64,000 nt of DNA from an uncultured bacterium (GCA_963749445.1 CAVVMJ010000003.1:64715-128714); one strand, 5' to 3'. Shown: positions 28,408 to 36,880, counted from the stretch's first letter. Numbers and translations: made by a program. Notes: a model not told the origin generated them from the letters alone.

Positions 28408-29217
28408 CTATTTAACCGGCTTGGTGACCTTAACCGTAAAAGCGTTAATCTTGACACTGCCGGACACGTGCTCGCCGTGGACGGACAAAACGTCGCCGAT
28501 GTTCAGCTGCGCCGGCAGCACAGTCTTGCCGCTTTTATCCTGCAACTTGGCCTTACTTAAATCCACGCCGTAAATGACGTTGCCATTGCCAATAACAGTT
28601 ATGCTGTTGCCGTTTACGGCATAAAGCGCACCGCTAAAATCTATATTCACCAGCCGCAACATGCCCTGGACCTGGCCAGCTAAAACGTTTGCCTTGCTCC
28701 TGTCCCACTCCCCTTTAACCGTAACGCTCATCCCCAATTCCAAATCATTAAAAGTCGCGGCGGCTTTATTTTTGGTAAATGATGTAAAATTATTGGTGGT
28801 GATGGCCTGGCTGCCATTGGCCGTGCCTTGCATGGTAAAACTTAAACTTTGGGGATTAATGCCGGTAATTTTGCCGCTAAAGGTGCCGGTGTGCGCGTAT
28901 AAAGATAGATCCCTGGCCGCGGTGGCGCTGATGCTGTTGTCGTTCCAAAGCGTACCGGTAACCTGCATTTTATCACCAACCAGAATTTCCGAAAAGGCCA
29001 TGCTGGCGCCGTTCTTGCGCGTTAAAGCCGCATGGGACAATTCCGCGAGATAACTGGCTGCCGTGCCGTTGGTAATAACCACCCCGCTGCCCGCAAACCT
29101 TACCACCGTGCCGGATATGGTTTTTGGCCCCGCAGCCAAAACCACGGCCGGAGCCAGCAGGCAGACGGCAAAAAATACCCCCAAACCCAAACATATTTTC
29201 TTCACCCCGTTAGACAT
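28408..29217 (-). CDS. secreted beta-rich repeat protein (hypothetical)
   Basis: Signal peptide MSNGVKKICLGLGVFFAVCLLAPAVVLAAG; internal repeated beta-domain pattern. Confidence 0.55.
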   Translation of the reverse strand: MSNGVKKICLGLGVFFAVCLLAPAVVLAAGPKTISGTVVRFAGSGVVITNGTAASYLAELSHAALTRKNGASMAFSEILVGDKMQVTGTLWNDNSISATAARDLSLYAHTGTFSGKITGINPQSLSFTMQGTANGSQAITTNNFTSFTKNKAAATFNDLELGMSVTVKGEWDRSKANVLAGQVQGMLRLVNIDFSGALYAVNGNSITVIGNGNVIYGVDLSKAKLQDKSGKTVLPAQLNIGDVLSVHGEHVSGSVKINAFTVKVTKPVK

Positions 29218-29370
29218 ATTTGTAAATTTAATTTTAATTATTTTTTTAGTTTTGATAAAATTTTTGACAGCCATAAAAATTGAAGGTGCCTAACGGGGTA
29301 AATATTTTTGTTTCCTTATTTTTGAGGCGCTTAAGGCTAACTTTAGCACCCGGATAGTGATTTCCCCATT

Positions 29371-29399
29371 ATGGTATACTATCGTTCACCTATTGTCAA
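29371..29399 (-). promoter_or_regulatory. conserved promoter/operator motif, copy 1, upstream of the secreted-protein gene
   Basis: Reverse strand reads TTGACAATAGGTGAACGATAGTATACCAT; nearly identical to 60499..60527. Confidence 0.5.
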
Positions 29400-29492
29400 C
29401 CCCCACCAAATCGCCCAAAAACCGCATATAAAAAGACTTATCCACAGGTATTTATCCGGGATAAGCCAAGTCTGATTTTTTACCGTTCCCCT

Positions 29493-29504
29493 ATTCGCGC
29501 GAAT
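29493..29504. promoter_or_regulatory. palindrome ATTCGCGCGAAT site 4
   Basis: ccctattcgcgcgaattagaaaac. Confidence 0.5.
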
Positions 29505-29547
29505 TAGAAAACGTTGAAGCAGATACTTTATTTTTTACTTTTTTTCG

Positions 29548-30258
29548 TTATAATTTTTTTACAAATTTTGCGGTCTTGTTCCGCAATTTTAAAAGCCAAG
29601 TCATTAGATAGTTAACCAATTTGTCTTTTTCTTCCATTTTTCCGCGCCTAATGTGGTCAACGGTGCCAAAGGCCACGGCGTGGACCTCGGAAAGTAGGCG
29701 CTTGATTTGCGGCGACGAGCTGTTAAACCTCTTTTCGATTTCTCTTTTAACTTCCGAGGCTAACAAAGCATTGGCGACCCACACTTGATCGGCCAGATTT
29801 TCGTATTCTTCCTGCCTCATTTTAACAAGCTGGCGCATGAGCTTGGCGTTAGAGCCGTCAATCCCAAAACCGGTTAAGATTTTCTGGTATTGCCTCGGGA
29901 GCTCTTCTTCTACGCCGCTCCAAAAATGAAAATCGCCGTCTTTGACATATTGTTTTGCTTCGCCCAGGGCATATTCTGCTACCGACATCCCGGCAACCTG
30001 GAGCTCGTTAAAAATCCGGTCATGCTCCGAAACCGGAAGTTTTTCAAAATGCGCCAACCGGCGGAACTCGCTTTCATGGAAAATCCTGAATACCGACGGC
30101 AAAACATACTCCTCTATTATATGTCCCGCCGTGGCAATATACGGCCGCCTGTCTCTGGAATTGCCCATGGCTTTCATGAGCTTTAAAGCGCCGTACCTAA
30201 TAACCTTAACAAACGGCCGTAGAATAAAAGCCAGGATGTTTAAAAATGTTTGCTTCAT
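29548..30258 (-). CDS. hypothetical protein (236 aa), cotranscribed with ArsR-2
   Basis: ORF; an operator site lies directly upstream. Confidence 0.4.
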   Translation of the reverse strand: MKQTFLNILAFILRPFVKVIRYGALKLMKAMGNSRDRRPYIATAGHIIEEYVLPSVFRIFHESEFRRLAHFEKLPVSEHDRIFNELQVAGMSVAEYALGEAKQYVKDGDFHFWSGVEEELPRQYQKILTGFGIDGSNAKLMRQLVKMRQEEYENLADQVWVANALLASEVKREIEKRFNSSSPQIKRLLSEVHAVAFGTVDHIRRGKMEEKDKLVNYLMTWLLKLRNKTAKFVKKL

Positions 30259-30276
30259 AGCTTAAATCTAGCGCCT

Positions 30277-30288
30277 ATTCGCGCGAAT
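30277..30288. promoter_or_regulatory. palindrome ATTCGCGCGAAT site 5
   Basis: gcgcctattcgcgcgaatggttacc. Confidence 0.5.
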
Positions 30289-30298
30289 GGTTACCGAC

Positions 30299-30559
30299 TT
30301 ACAACAGGGTTAAAGTTTGCCTCAGGAGCGTGGGTTTATTTTCGGGCAAAAAATAGAACACGTGCAAACTCTGCTGCTCGTGATCCACAAAGTTTACCGC
30401 GTCCAAAACCCGCAGATGTTTAGAGGTAGATTTAATCCGCAATTTGATTTCCTTGGCAATATCTCCCACCGAAGCTTTGCCACGACTTTTAAGATACTTG
30501 ATTATTGCCAGTCTCCGGCGGTTTCCCAGGGCTTTATATTGTCTTTCAAGTTCTTTCAT
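30299..30559 (-). CDS. ArsR/SmtB-family transcriptional regulator, paralog 2
   Basis: LGNRRRLAIIKYL...VGDIAKEIKLRIKSTSKHLRVL. Start taken at MKELERQ. Confidence 0.8.
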   Translation of the reverse strand: MKELERQYKALGNRRRLAIIKYLKSRGKASVGDIAKEIKLRIKSTSKHLRVLDAVNFVDHEQQSLHVFYFLPENKPTLLRQTLTLL

Positions 30560-30568
30560 ACTGCTAAA

Positions 30569-30608
30569 ATTATACCACATTTTATATCTGGCGCCTATTC
30601 GCACGAAT
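30569..30608 (-). promoter_or_regulatory. ArsR-2 promoter (extended -10 TGGTATAAT) with operator variant ATTCGCACGAAT, site 6
   Basis: Reverse strand reads ATTCGTGCGAATAGGCGCCAGATATAAAATGTGGTATAATTTTAGCAGTATG. Confidence 0.55.
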
Positions 30609-30626
30609 GGTTACCAAATACCAAAC

Positions 30627-30660
30627 CGACATAAACCGTCCGGCCAAGTTATGCTGGGGA
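30627..30660. repeat. direct repeat i of three (gcccaagttatgct...gggaattaa)
   Basis: ccgtccggccaagttatgctggggaattaaagagg. Confidence 0.5.
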
Positions 30661-30713
30661 ATTAAAGAGGCGCTTTTTAAATTCTAGTGGCTGGCGATAG
30701 GTATTTTCCCTTA

Positions 30714-31046
30714 CTACTTTTCGGCAGAAGGAGCCAGTTCAATTTCAATCTCCGTCGCTTTGTTTTTTCCCGCAGCCAAACCTTTGGGAAGGCCGGTTAC
30801 TTTTGCCTGGACAGTTTCATATTCAGCGGTAAGAACAACAGTTTCCCCAGCAACCAACGTCTGTCCGCGTAGATATTTTTTTAAAGTTCCCTTGCCACCA
30901 TTGGCCCGTAATTTTTTTAACTCACTCTCGTGAACCAAAATGGAGCGGGGTTGGCCGGTTTCAGCCGCGGGCTTTGAATGCCTGTCTTCCAGAGGGTTGG
31001 AAGGAAGTATAGGATTTCCGCGTTCCGGGCCTTTTGGTTTAAACAT
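30714..31046 (-). CDS. hypothetical small protein (110 aa)
   Basis: ORF; overlaps the 3' end of the Smr ORF in another frame, so frame ambiguity is possible. Confidence 0.3.
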   Translation of the reverse strand: MFKPKGPERGNPILPSNPLEDRHSKPAAETGQPRSILVHESELKKLRANGGKGTLKKYLRGQTLVAGETVVLTAEYETVQAKVTGLPKGLAAGKNKATEIEIELAPSAEK

Positions 31047-31489
31047 AAATTTTGCAACTTAAAAATATTAATTATTATAAATATTCCCGCCCAAGTTATG
31101 CTAAAAATGATTCGGTAACAAAGGACGTCTGTGCATACTATGGGCGAAAGACAACTACAATGGCCGCGGCGGGGGCTTGGGGAGAGGGGAAGCGATGTTT
31201 CTATTATCCCCTCCCTGGTTAACTCCGCAATTTTGCGCGCGACCGCGGGCGCCAAAATATTTTTGCCCACTCCATGGACAATCCGGCAGCAAGGCTGCCC
31301 GGCGGCATTCATGCCCGCAACAAAACTTTCAAGCTCAACCAAAGCTTCCGCCGCCGTCTTCCCGTGCAAATCCAATTCCGGCAGCTGGCCGGACCCGTCG
31401 GCAAGCTCCGCATGACTCCGCCTCACCTGAGCCTCGCTGACCCTTTCCACCGGCGGCAAGCCTTTATTTGGATATTTATCCCTGCGCAT
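30917..31489 (-). CDS. Smr-domain protein; the C-terminal extension reads through a GC-rich element and is uncertain
   Basis: LDLHGKTAAEALVELESFVAGMNAAGQPCCRIVHGVGKNILAPAV. Confidence 0.5.
   Translation of the reverse strand: MRRDKYPNKGLPPVERVSEAQVRRSHAELADGSGQLPELDLHGKTAAEALVELESFVAGMNAAGQPCCRIVHGVGKNILAPAVARKIAELTREGIIETSLPLSPSPRRGHCSCLSPIVCTDVLCYRIIFSITWAGIFIIINIFKLQNLCLNQKARNAEILYFLPTLWKTGIQSPRLKPANPAPFWFTRVS
31085..31112. repeat. direct repeat ii
   Basis: cccgcccaagttatgctaaaaatgattcgg. Confidence 0.45.
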
Positions 31490-31530
31490 AATAAAATATT
31501 CTAAATCTTAATAACACCGCCTTAACCCGC

Positions 31531-31565
31531 CCGCCCAAGTTATGCTAGGGAATTAATGGGTTATG
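31531..31565. repeat. direct repeat iii
   Basis: cccgcccgcccaagttatgctagggaattaatggg. Confidence 0.5.
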
Positions 31566-31601
31566 TCCCCATTTTCATCCAAAAATAGTTATTCCATAAA
31601 A

Positions 31602-32270
31602 CTAAACGCTATCAATATCAAATTCATCAGAAAATTCCTCTCCACCCAGTCGTTTCTTCTCCTTTATAGCAATATTAAATAATTTTATCAATTCGTTTTT
31701 TGCTTCCGTGGAATTTGGCTTTAAAAATCCAGAAGCGATTAAATCTATATTCTGCTCAACATAATTTTTCGAATATTTATAGCCCACACCTGACCCGGTT
31801 ATTATTCCCTTATGGTGACAAAGAGTCAGATCAGGTGACCAGAATAATTCATAAACTGAGTACTTGCTATCATAGGCTGTTTTACCACACAAAACAAAAC
31901 CTGCGGCATGAACATCCATTAGATTGGACATTTCTTGTTTATTTCTTTCAAGTTGAAGCAATACATCACTTTCAATAAGGTTTTTGAAATCATTGACGAT
32001 CTTTTTTAGATTCTTCCCCTTATATCCCTTAGACCTCTCAAAGTCTGAACAATATACATTCCAAAATTTGCCGTTAAACTGATTTAAACCATGATTATAA
32101 ATAATTAATGGAATATTTTTAAATTTATATATTTTGTTAAAATTATCCTGATTTTCCACCAAACTATTCGTACGTTTGATTTGTCTTCTTCGATCAGCGC
32201 AAACATATATTCCATTTTTACATAATGCGGTTAAAATTAAAGTCATATTTTTTTGTTGACCACTATACAA
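31602..32270 (-). CDS. HslV/proteasome-beta-like Ntn-hydrolase peptidase
   Basis: N-terminus MTLILTALCKNGIYVCADRRR (Thr right after Met, as in TTIV...GVVLAADRR). Later GIITGSGVGY resembles the HslV GSGG loop. The gene is AT-rich. Confidence 0.5.
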   Translation of the reverse strand: MYSGQQKNMTLILTALCKNGIYVCADRRRQIKRTNSLVENQDNFNKIYKFKNIPLIIYNHGLNQFNGKFWNVYCSDFERSKGYKGKNLKKIVNDFKNLIESDVLLQLERNKQEMSNLMDVHAAGFVLCGKTAYDSKYSVYELFWSPDLTLCHHKGIITGSGVGYKYSKNYVEQNIDLIASGFLKPNSTEAKNELIKLFNIAIKEKKRLGGEEFSDEFDIDSV

Positions 32271-32327
32271 ATTTTAGTATTAAGCAACCCTACACTTAAA
32301 GTAATGGGGCAATTTAATATACGATTT

Positions 32328-32858
32328 TTAATTAACAATATCTCTTATTCTTCTCTTAAACTCCTTTTCAATATCGTTAGAATTAATTTGTTTCCCAAAA
32401 AAGAAACATTTAGCCCTATTTTCTTTTGGAACAACATAGTCAATTAAACTTTTGCCGTAAGACGTTCCGCAATGCACTTGATGAACAAACTCCTTGCCAT
32501 ATTTGACAGGATCGTTAAAATCACAATAATATAAAACCTTGTCGCCTTTTAATTTGAAACTGTGCGAGTCTCCGTGACCAACAAAATACACTTCTTTTAT
32601 ATCTTTATCAACCATTATTTTTTCTATGTCCTCAAAACTTGCTTTTGGATAAAAAGAAAAATTTTGCTTTTTAACATTCAAGTGTTCTACAATCGCCTTG
32701 ATATCACTTTTTAAGAAGTTGTATTTAAACCAAGTTTTAAGTTTGGACCAATCAGATCGTCCTAAAACGATTACTGTCTCTGCAGGTACATTTTGATTGA
32801 ATTTTTTTAAATACCTGTTTACGAAAAAGTTATCGACTAAGCGTATCAATACAAACAA
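32328..32858 (-). CDS. membrane-anchored protein with a possible caspase-like (CHAT/C14) His-Cys dyad; the 5' end appears truncated by the IS
   Basis: EVYFVGHGDSHS followed about 37 aa later by EFVHQVHCGTSYG. The ORF has only a TTG start, and its reading frame continues up to the left end of the IS. Confidence 0.35.
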   Translation of the reverse strand: MFVLIRLVDNFFVNRYLKKFNQNVPAETVIVLGRSDWSKLKTWFKYNFLKSDIKAIVEHLNVKKQNFSFYPKASFEDIEKIMVDKDIKEVYFVGHGDSHSFKLKGDKVLYYCDFNDPVKYGKEFVHQVHCGTSYGKSLIDYVVPKENRAKCFFFGKQINSNDIEKEFKRRIRDIVN

Positions 32859-32880
32859 AAGTGCAACAATGAACGTAATA

Positions 32881-33600
32881 ACTAAGGCTCTAGACTAGAA
32901 GATTTGTTCTGTTGTAGTCTAAAGATGTGATTAAATGGTCAAAACTGACAAAATTTCAATGGGTCAAAGTAAAACACGGTTTTTGTGATGATTTAACTGC
33001 GACCCAAACAGCTAAACTTACAGGAATTAATCGCAACACAGTTAACAAGTACTACAAACTTTTTAGGGAGAAAATCGCCAAACATCAGGAGTCGGTCAGC
33101 AATGGGTTCAGCGGCCAGGTAGAGCTGGATAAAAGTTACTTCGGTGGCAGGAATAAAGGCAGGCGGGGCAGGGGTACAGAGAAGATTCCGGTCTTTGGCA
33201 TTAAAAGGCGTAACGGTAGAGTCTACACCCAAATTATTAAGAATGCCAGTAGCGCCGAAATCAGGCCAATTATCAGGGAGTTTGTGAGGAGAGGCAGTAT
33301 TGTGTATACCGATGGTTGGCGGGCTTACGACGGATTGGTTCTGGATGGCTACAAACATTTTCGGATTAATCATCGAATTTTTCAGTACTCCGACCGTAAA
33401 GGGGCCCACGTTAACGGCATCGAAAACTTTTGGAGCTTTTCCAAACGGCGGTTGGCAAAGTTTAACGGCATTAATCCTAAAAATTTTTACCTACACCTAA
33501 AGGAATGCGAATGGCGCTACAATGAGAAGCCCGATTTGTACAAAAAACTATCATTAATTCTTAAAATCTTCTAGGCAAGAGCCTAACTAATTCAAACATT
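32881..33600 (+). mobile_element. IS1595-family insertion sequence of about 720 bp
   Basis: Single transposase ORF; imperfect terminal inverted repeats aactaaggctct... and ...agagcctaactaatt. Confidence 0.65.
32927..33574 (+). CDS. IS1595-family (ISXO2-like DDE) transposase
   Basis: VELDKSYFGGRNKGRRGRG...VYTDGWRAYDGL...HFRINH. Confidence 0.8.
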   Translation: MIKWSKLTKFQWVKVKHGFCDDLTATQTAKLTGINRNTVNKYYKLFREKIAKHQESVSNGFSGQVELDKSYFGGRNKGRRGRGTEKIPVFGIKRRNGRVYTQIIKNASSAEIRPIIREFVRRGSIVYTDGWRAYDGLVLDGYKHFRINHRIFQYSDRKGAHVNGIENFWSFSKRRLAKFNGINPKNFYLHLKECEWRYNEKPDLYKKLSLILKIF

Positions 33601-33777
33601 ATTACAATTAATATTAATCCAATTGTTTGCATATCTAAAAATTACGTAATAAAATATATAACTATATAAGCCGTCTTTATTCTTTATTATAACAAAAAAC
33701 CGGGCTAATGTCCGATTTTTTGATAATTCTGGTTTCGGTCTCAACAGGGCAATACCCAGATCCGACCTCTGACAAAA

Positions 33778-33951
33778 TTATTTATGCTTGCGGACACCTT
33801 TAAAAAATTTGTTCCGTTTGGAATATTGATCCATGAACAAGTGAGTTTCTGTATCAATCTTAGTATACCGTTTTATTTTTGGATTCCAGACCTGAATCCT
33901 CTTTTTTACCGCACCAATTCGTCCTTTTCCCGGAGGAGGATTTATAGCCAT
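33778..33951 (-). CDS. possible small basic protein (57 aa); not in the track because it is under 60 aa
   Basis: MAINPPPGKGRIGAVKKRIQVWNPKIKRY... with RBS agaggg. Confidence 0.2.
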   Translation of the reverse strand: MAINPPPGKGRIGAVKKRIQVWNPKIKRYTKIDTETHLFMDQYSKRNKFFKGVRKHK

Positions 33952-34092
33952 ATTTATTCACCCTCTTTCCCTATCAATTTTTCGACCTTTAACTTAAATT
34001 TAAGACAGACTCTGTGGATAAACTCGTTTGACTCACTAAGTCATGTCCCCCTATAATAATAGTATAGTCGAAAATAAATCGAAAGTCAAGTT

Positions 34093-35952
34093 ATGATCAC
34101 TAAACGCCAAAAACAAACCCTAGACTTTATAATGGCTTTCAGTAAAAAGCATGGTTTTGCGCCGTCTTTGGAAGAAATAAAAAAACACTTAAGGTTGTCC
34201 TCTGTTTCAACTGCCCATCATCATGTTAAAAAGCTAGAGGAATCCGGCCTTATTTACAAACAAAGCAATCAACCCCGAGCCGTCAATCCGAAAAAACAGG
34301 CTCATAATATTGAAGTCCCGATAGTCGGCACTATCGCTGCCGGCCAACCTATAGAAGCTATTGAAGTACCGGGTGAGACAATAACTATTACCAAGGACGA
34401 AATTAGCAAACAAGGCAAACATTACGCTTTGCGCGTACAAGGTAACAGCATGATTGAGGAGGGCATTTTTGATGGCGATATTGTTGTTATTCGCAAACAA
34501 GAAATGGCTGACAATGGACAAACAGTGGTTGCTATTATTGATGATAACGAGGCGACACTAAAAAAACTATATCGGGAAAAAGATAAATTTAGACTTCAAC
34601 CAGCAAACCCAACCCTATTCCCGATTTATCGAAAAGAGGTAGAAATTCGCGGTATAGTTGTAAAAATAATCCGAACCCTTGAATCACAAATTGAGAAAGA
34701 CAAACCAAATGAAAAATATACACGACGAATAGATTACTCGTGGGATTATCGAGGGGAAAATACCAAAACATATACCCATGGAATTCATTCTTATCCTGCA
34801 ATGTTCATACCCCAAGTAGCACGTAGGTTATTGGAAACTTATAGTAAAGAAGGCGACACAATTTGTGATATTTTTTGCGGTTCCGGCTCGGCCCTTGTAG
34901 AAAGCAAAATTTTAAATAGGAATGCATATGGCATAGATTTAAACCCATTGGCAATTTTTCTTGCAAAAGCAAAAACTACCCCGATCAATCCTCAAAAATT
35001 GATGAACGAATATATTACATTGCTTGATGCAATTCCAAAAATAAAAGACACCGAAATAAAAAAACCTAATTTTAAAAATATTGATTTTTGGTTCAAAAAC
35101 AATGTTATAATAAAACTTTGTAAATTAAAAATGGCGATTCACAAAATAAAAAATGTCGCGGTGCGTAATTTTATGCTAATTGCTTTTAGCGAAACTGTGC
35201 GCTATTCCTCAAATACAAAAACTGGTGAATTCAAACTTGTGAGAATTAAAAACGGCAAATTAGAAAATCATGATCCAGATGTAATAGGCATTTTCCGTAA
35301 AAAAATAGAGACTAGTATTGCTGGGATGGGCGAATTTTATAAAGACGCGAAAAAAGACGCTTGGACAAAAATTATTTATGGGGATTCTTCAACGGATAAC
35401 GGCATAAAAGCATCTTCCATTGACTGTATCATTACCTCTCCGCCTTATGGAGACAGCCGTACGACTGTCGCTTATGGTCAATTTTCTCGGCTTTCCGCAC
35501 AATGGATAGACATTTTCGACGACCCTAATGAGGCTTCCGGTGTAGATAATGAATTGCTTGGGGGTAGGGCCACCAAAACACTAATCCATACTCTTTCATC
35601 AAATTATCTAAACGATTCGTTAGGCAAAATTACTAAACAAGACGAAACTAGGGCTAAAGATGTGCTAAGTTTTTATATCGGACTTAACGATTGCTTAAGG
35701 CAAGCTTACAAATTACTAAAGCCTAAAAAATATTTTTGCCTTGTTGTTGGCAATAGGCTTGTAAAACAGGTTCGAATTCCTACAGATTTTATTATTGCCG
35801 AGCTGGGAGAAAAAATTGGCTTTACCTGTGAAGATATTTTTGTCCGTAATATTCCAGGTAAAAGAATGCCAATAAAAAACTCCCCCACCAATATTGTAGG
35901 GGCATTAGAAGAGACAATGAACAAAGAAAGCATAGTTATTCTTAGAAAATAA
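34093..35952 (+). CDS. fusion protein: full LexA-like repressor (wHTH plus S24 autopeptidase) joined to an SPPY-type DNA methyltransferase; the modification subunit of a Type II R-M system
   Basis: aa 1-200: HTH, the cleavage-site motif VGTIAAGQP, Ser in GNSM and Lys in TLKKL, aligning to E. coli LexA (VGRVAAGEP / GMSM / VKRL). aa 200-619: DIFCGSGS (motif I) and IITSPPYGD (motif IV). One uninterrupted ORF. Confidence 0.75.
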   Translation: MITKRQKQTLDFIMAFSKKHGFAPSLEEIKKHLRLSSVSTAHHHVKKLEESGLIYKQSNQPRAVNPKKQAHNIEVPIVGTIAAGQPIEAIEVPGETITITKDEISKQGKHYALRVQGNSMIEEGIFDGDIVVIRKQEMADNGQTVVAIIDDNEATLKKLYREKDKFRLQPANPTLFPIYRKEVEIRGIVVKIIRTLESQIEKDKPNEKYTRRIDYSWDYRGENTKTYTHGIHSYPAMFIPQVARRLLETYSKEGDTICDIFCGSGSALVESKILNRNAYGIDLNPLAIFLAKAKTTPINPQKLMNEYITLLDAIPKIKDTEIKKPNFKNIDFWFKNNVIIKLCKLKMAIHKIKNVAVRNFMLIAFSETVRYSSNTKTGEFKLVRIKNGKLENHDPDVIGIFRKKIETSIAGMGEFYKDAKKDAWTKIIYGDSSTDNGIKASSIDCIITSPPYGDSRTTVAYGQFSRLSAQWIDIFDDPNEASGVDNELLGGRATKTLIHTLSSNYLNDSLGKITKQDETRAKDVLSFYIGLNDCLRQAYKLLKPKKYFCLVVGNRLVKQVRIPTDFIIAELGEKIGFTCEDIFVRNIPGKRMPIKNSPTNIVGALEETMNKESIVILRK

Positions 35953-35967
35953 CAGCACAATCAAATT

Positions 35968-36654
35968 TTAGCTAACTATATCTCTAATAGTTTTAAAAAG
36001 GACGGGTAACTTATTTTCGTATACTCTAAATCCAGTCCCGTGGTTTCGAGCCATGGTGACTTTATCATGGAGCCTTAGGTCAACCAAAATATTTTCGGCT
36101 CTGAATTGATCGGCAAGCAAATCTGGAGATGTCCCTTTCATCAATTGAGCTCTAAAAAAATGAAAATACTCTTTACCGGCTCGTTCCTCAGAAAAAGCCG
36201 AAGCATACAATAAGGCAGGCAATTTTTGAATGAACCTTTCGGTCAATTGTTTCAACTGCCATACAGCGACGATTTCCCCGGAGATATGTCGTACGGATAT
36301 TTCACGATTTGTTACATTTAAAAACAGTCCAGCGCTGTTTGGCTTTAACGACATTGTATAATAAAGTCCAATTCTACCATTTGCATCTTTGCTGCCAAAT
36401 TTTTTTACCGCCTTTAACGGCGGCATTTTCCAAACTTTATTATTAAAAGTAAATAAGGTAATCAAATTCTGAGAATTCGATCGATGGGCTTTAAGCTCAA
36501 CCTTGTGCAAATCCGGCATGGCAATATTATTCTCTTTTAAACCCAAACTTTTTTCCAAGGTGTGTCCTATTCCAGTCGGTCCGTTTCTTTTTGAAGGAAC
36601 AAAACCTTTAGCTTTCAACAATTTGAATTTTTTGATAAATTCTGGTAATTTCAT
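35968..36654 (-). CDS. MvaI/BcnI-family Type II restriction endonuclease
   Basis: KRNGPTGIGHTLEKSLGL..NN...PDLHKVELKAH...LITLFT and C-terminal GTGFRV match the MvaI/BcnI hallmark (GNTGIGKTFEDLL...PDF..IEIK...LTLFT...AFRI). Confidence 0.65.
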   Translation of the reverse strand: MKLPEFIKKFKLLKAKGFVPSKRNGPTGIGHTLEKSLGLKENNIAMPDLHKVELKAHRSNSQNLITLFTFNNKVWKMPPLKAVKKFGSKDANGRIGLYYTMSLKPNSAGLFLNVTNREISVRHISGEIVAVWQLKQLTERFIQKLPALLYASAFSEERAGKEYFHFFRAQLMKGTSPDLLADQFRAENILVDLRLHDKVTMARNHGTGFRVYENKLPVLFKTIRDIVS

Positions 36655-36655
36655 A

Positions 36656-36829
36656 TTATTTCTTATTCCTAAAATCGCGAATAACAATCCCGCCGTTAAT
36701 CTTTTTTATTACAACTCTCTGCTTTTCCCTCCAGCCGAGCGCCTCGGTCATTTCTTTGGGTAGAGTGGTGGCCAGGCTGGTTTTGCCGATTTTGAGGAGT
36801 TTTCTGACGTTTTTTTGCTTGAGTTTCAT
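36656..36829 (-). CDS. AbrB/MazE/SpoVT-like swapped-hairpin DNA-binding protein (57 aa), translationally coupled to the endonuclease; candidate controller protein
   Basis: MKLKQKNVRKLLKIGKTSLATTLPKEMTEALGWREKQRVVIKKINGGIVIRDFRNKK. Its stop TAA sits one base before the endonuclease ATG (taatATG). Under 60 aa, so absent from the track. Confidence 0.5.
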   Translation of the reverse strand: MKLKQKNVRKLLKIGKTSLATTLPKEMTEALGWREKQRVVIKKINGGIVIRDFRNKK

Positions 36830-36880
36830 AGGTTTATTATTAGTAGTTAGTAGATAGCAGTTAGCATATAGGGCGCTGGA

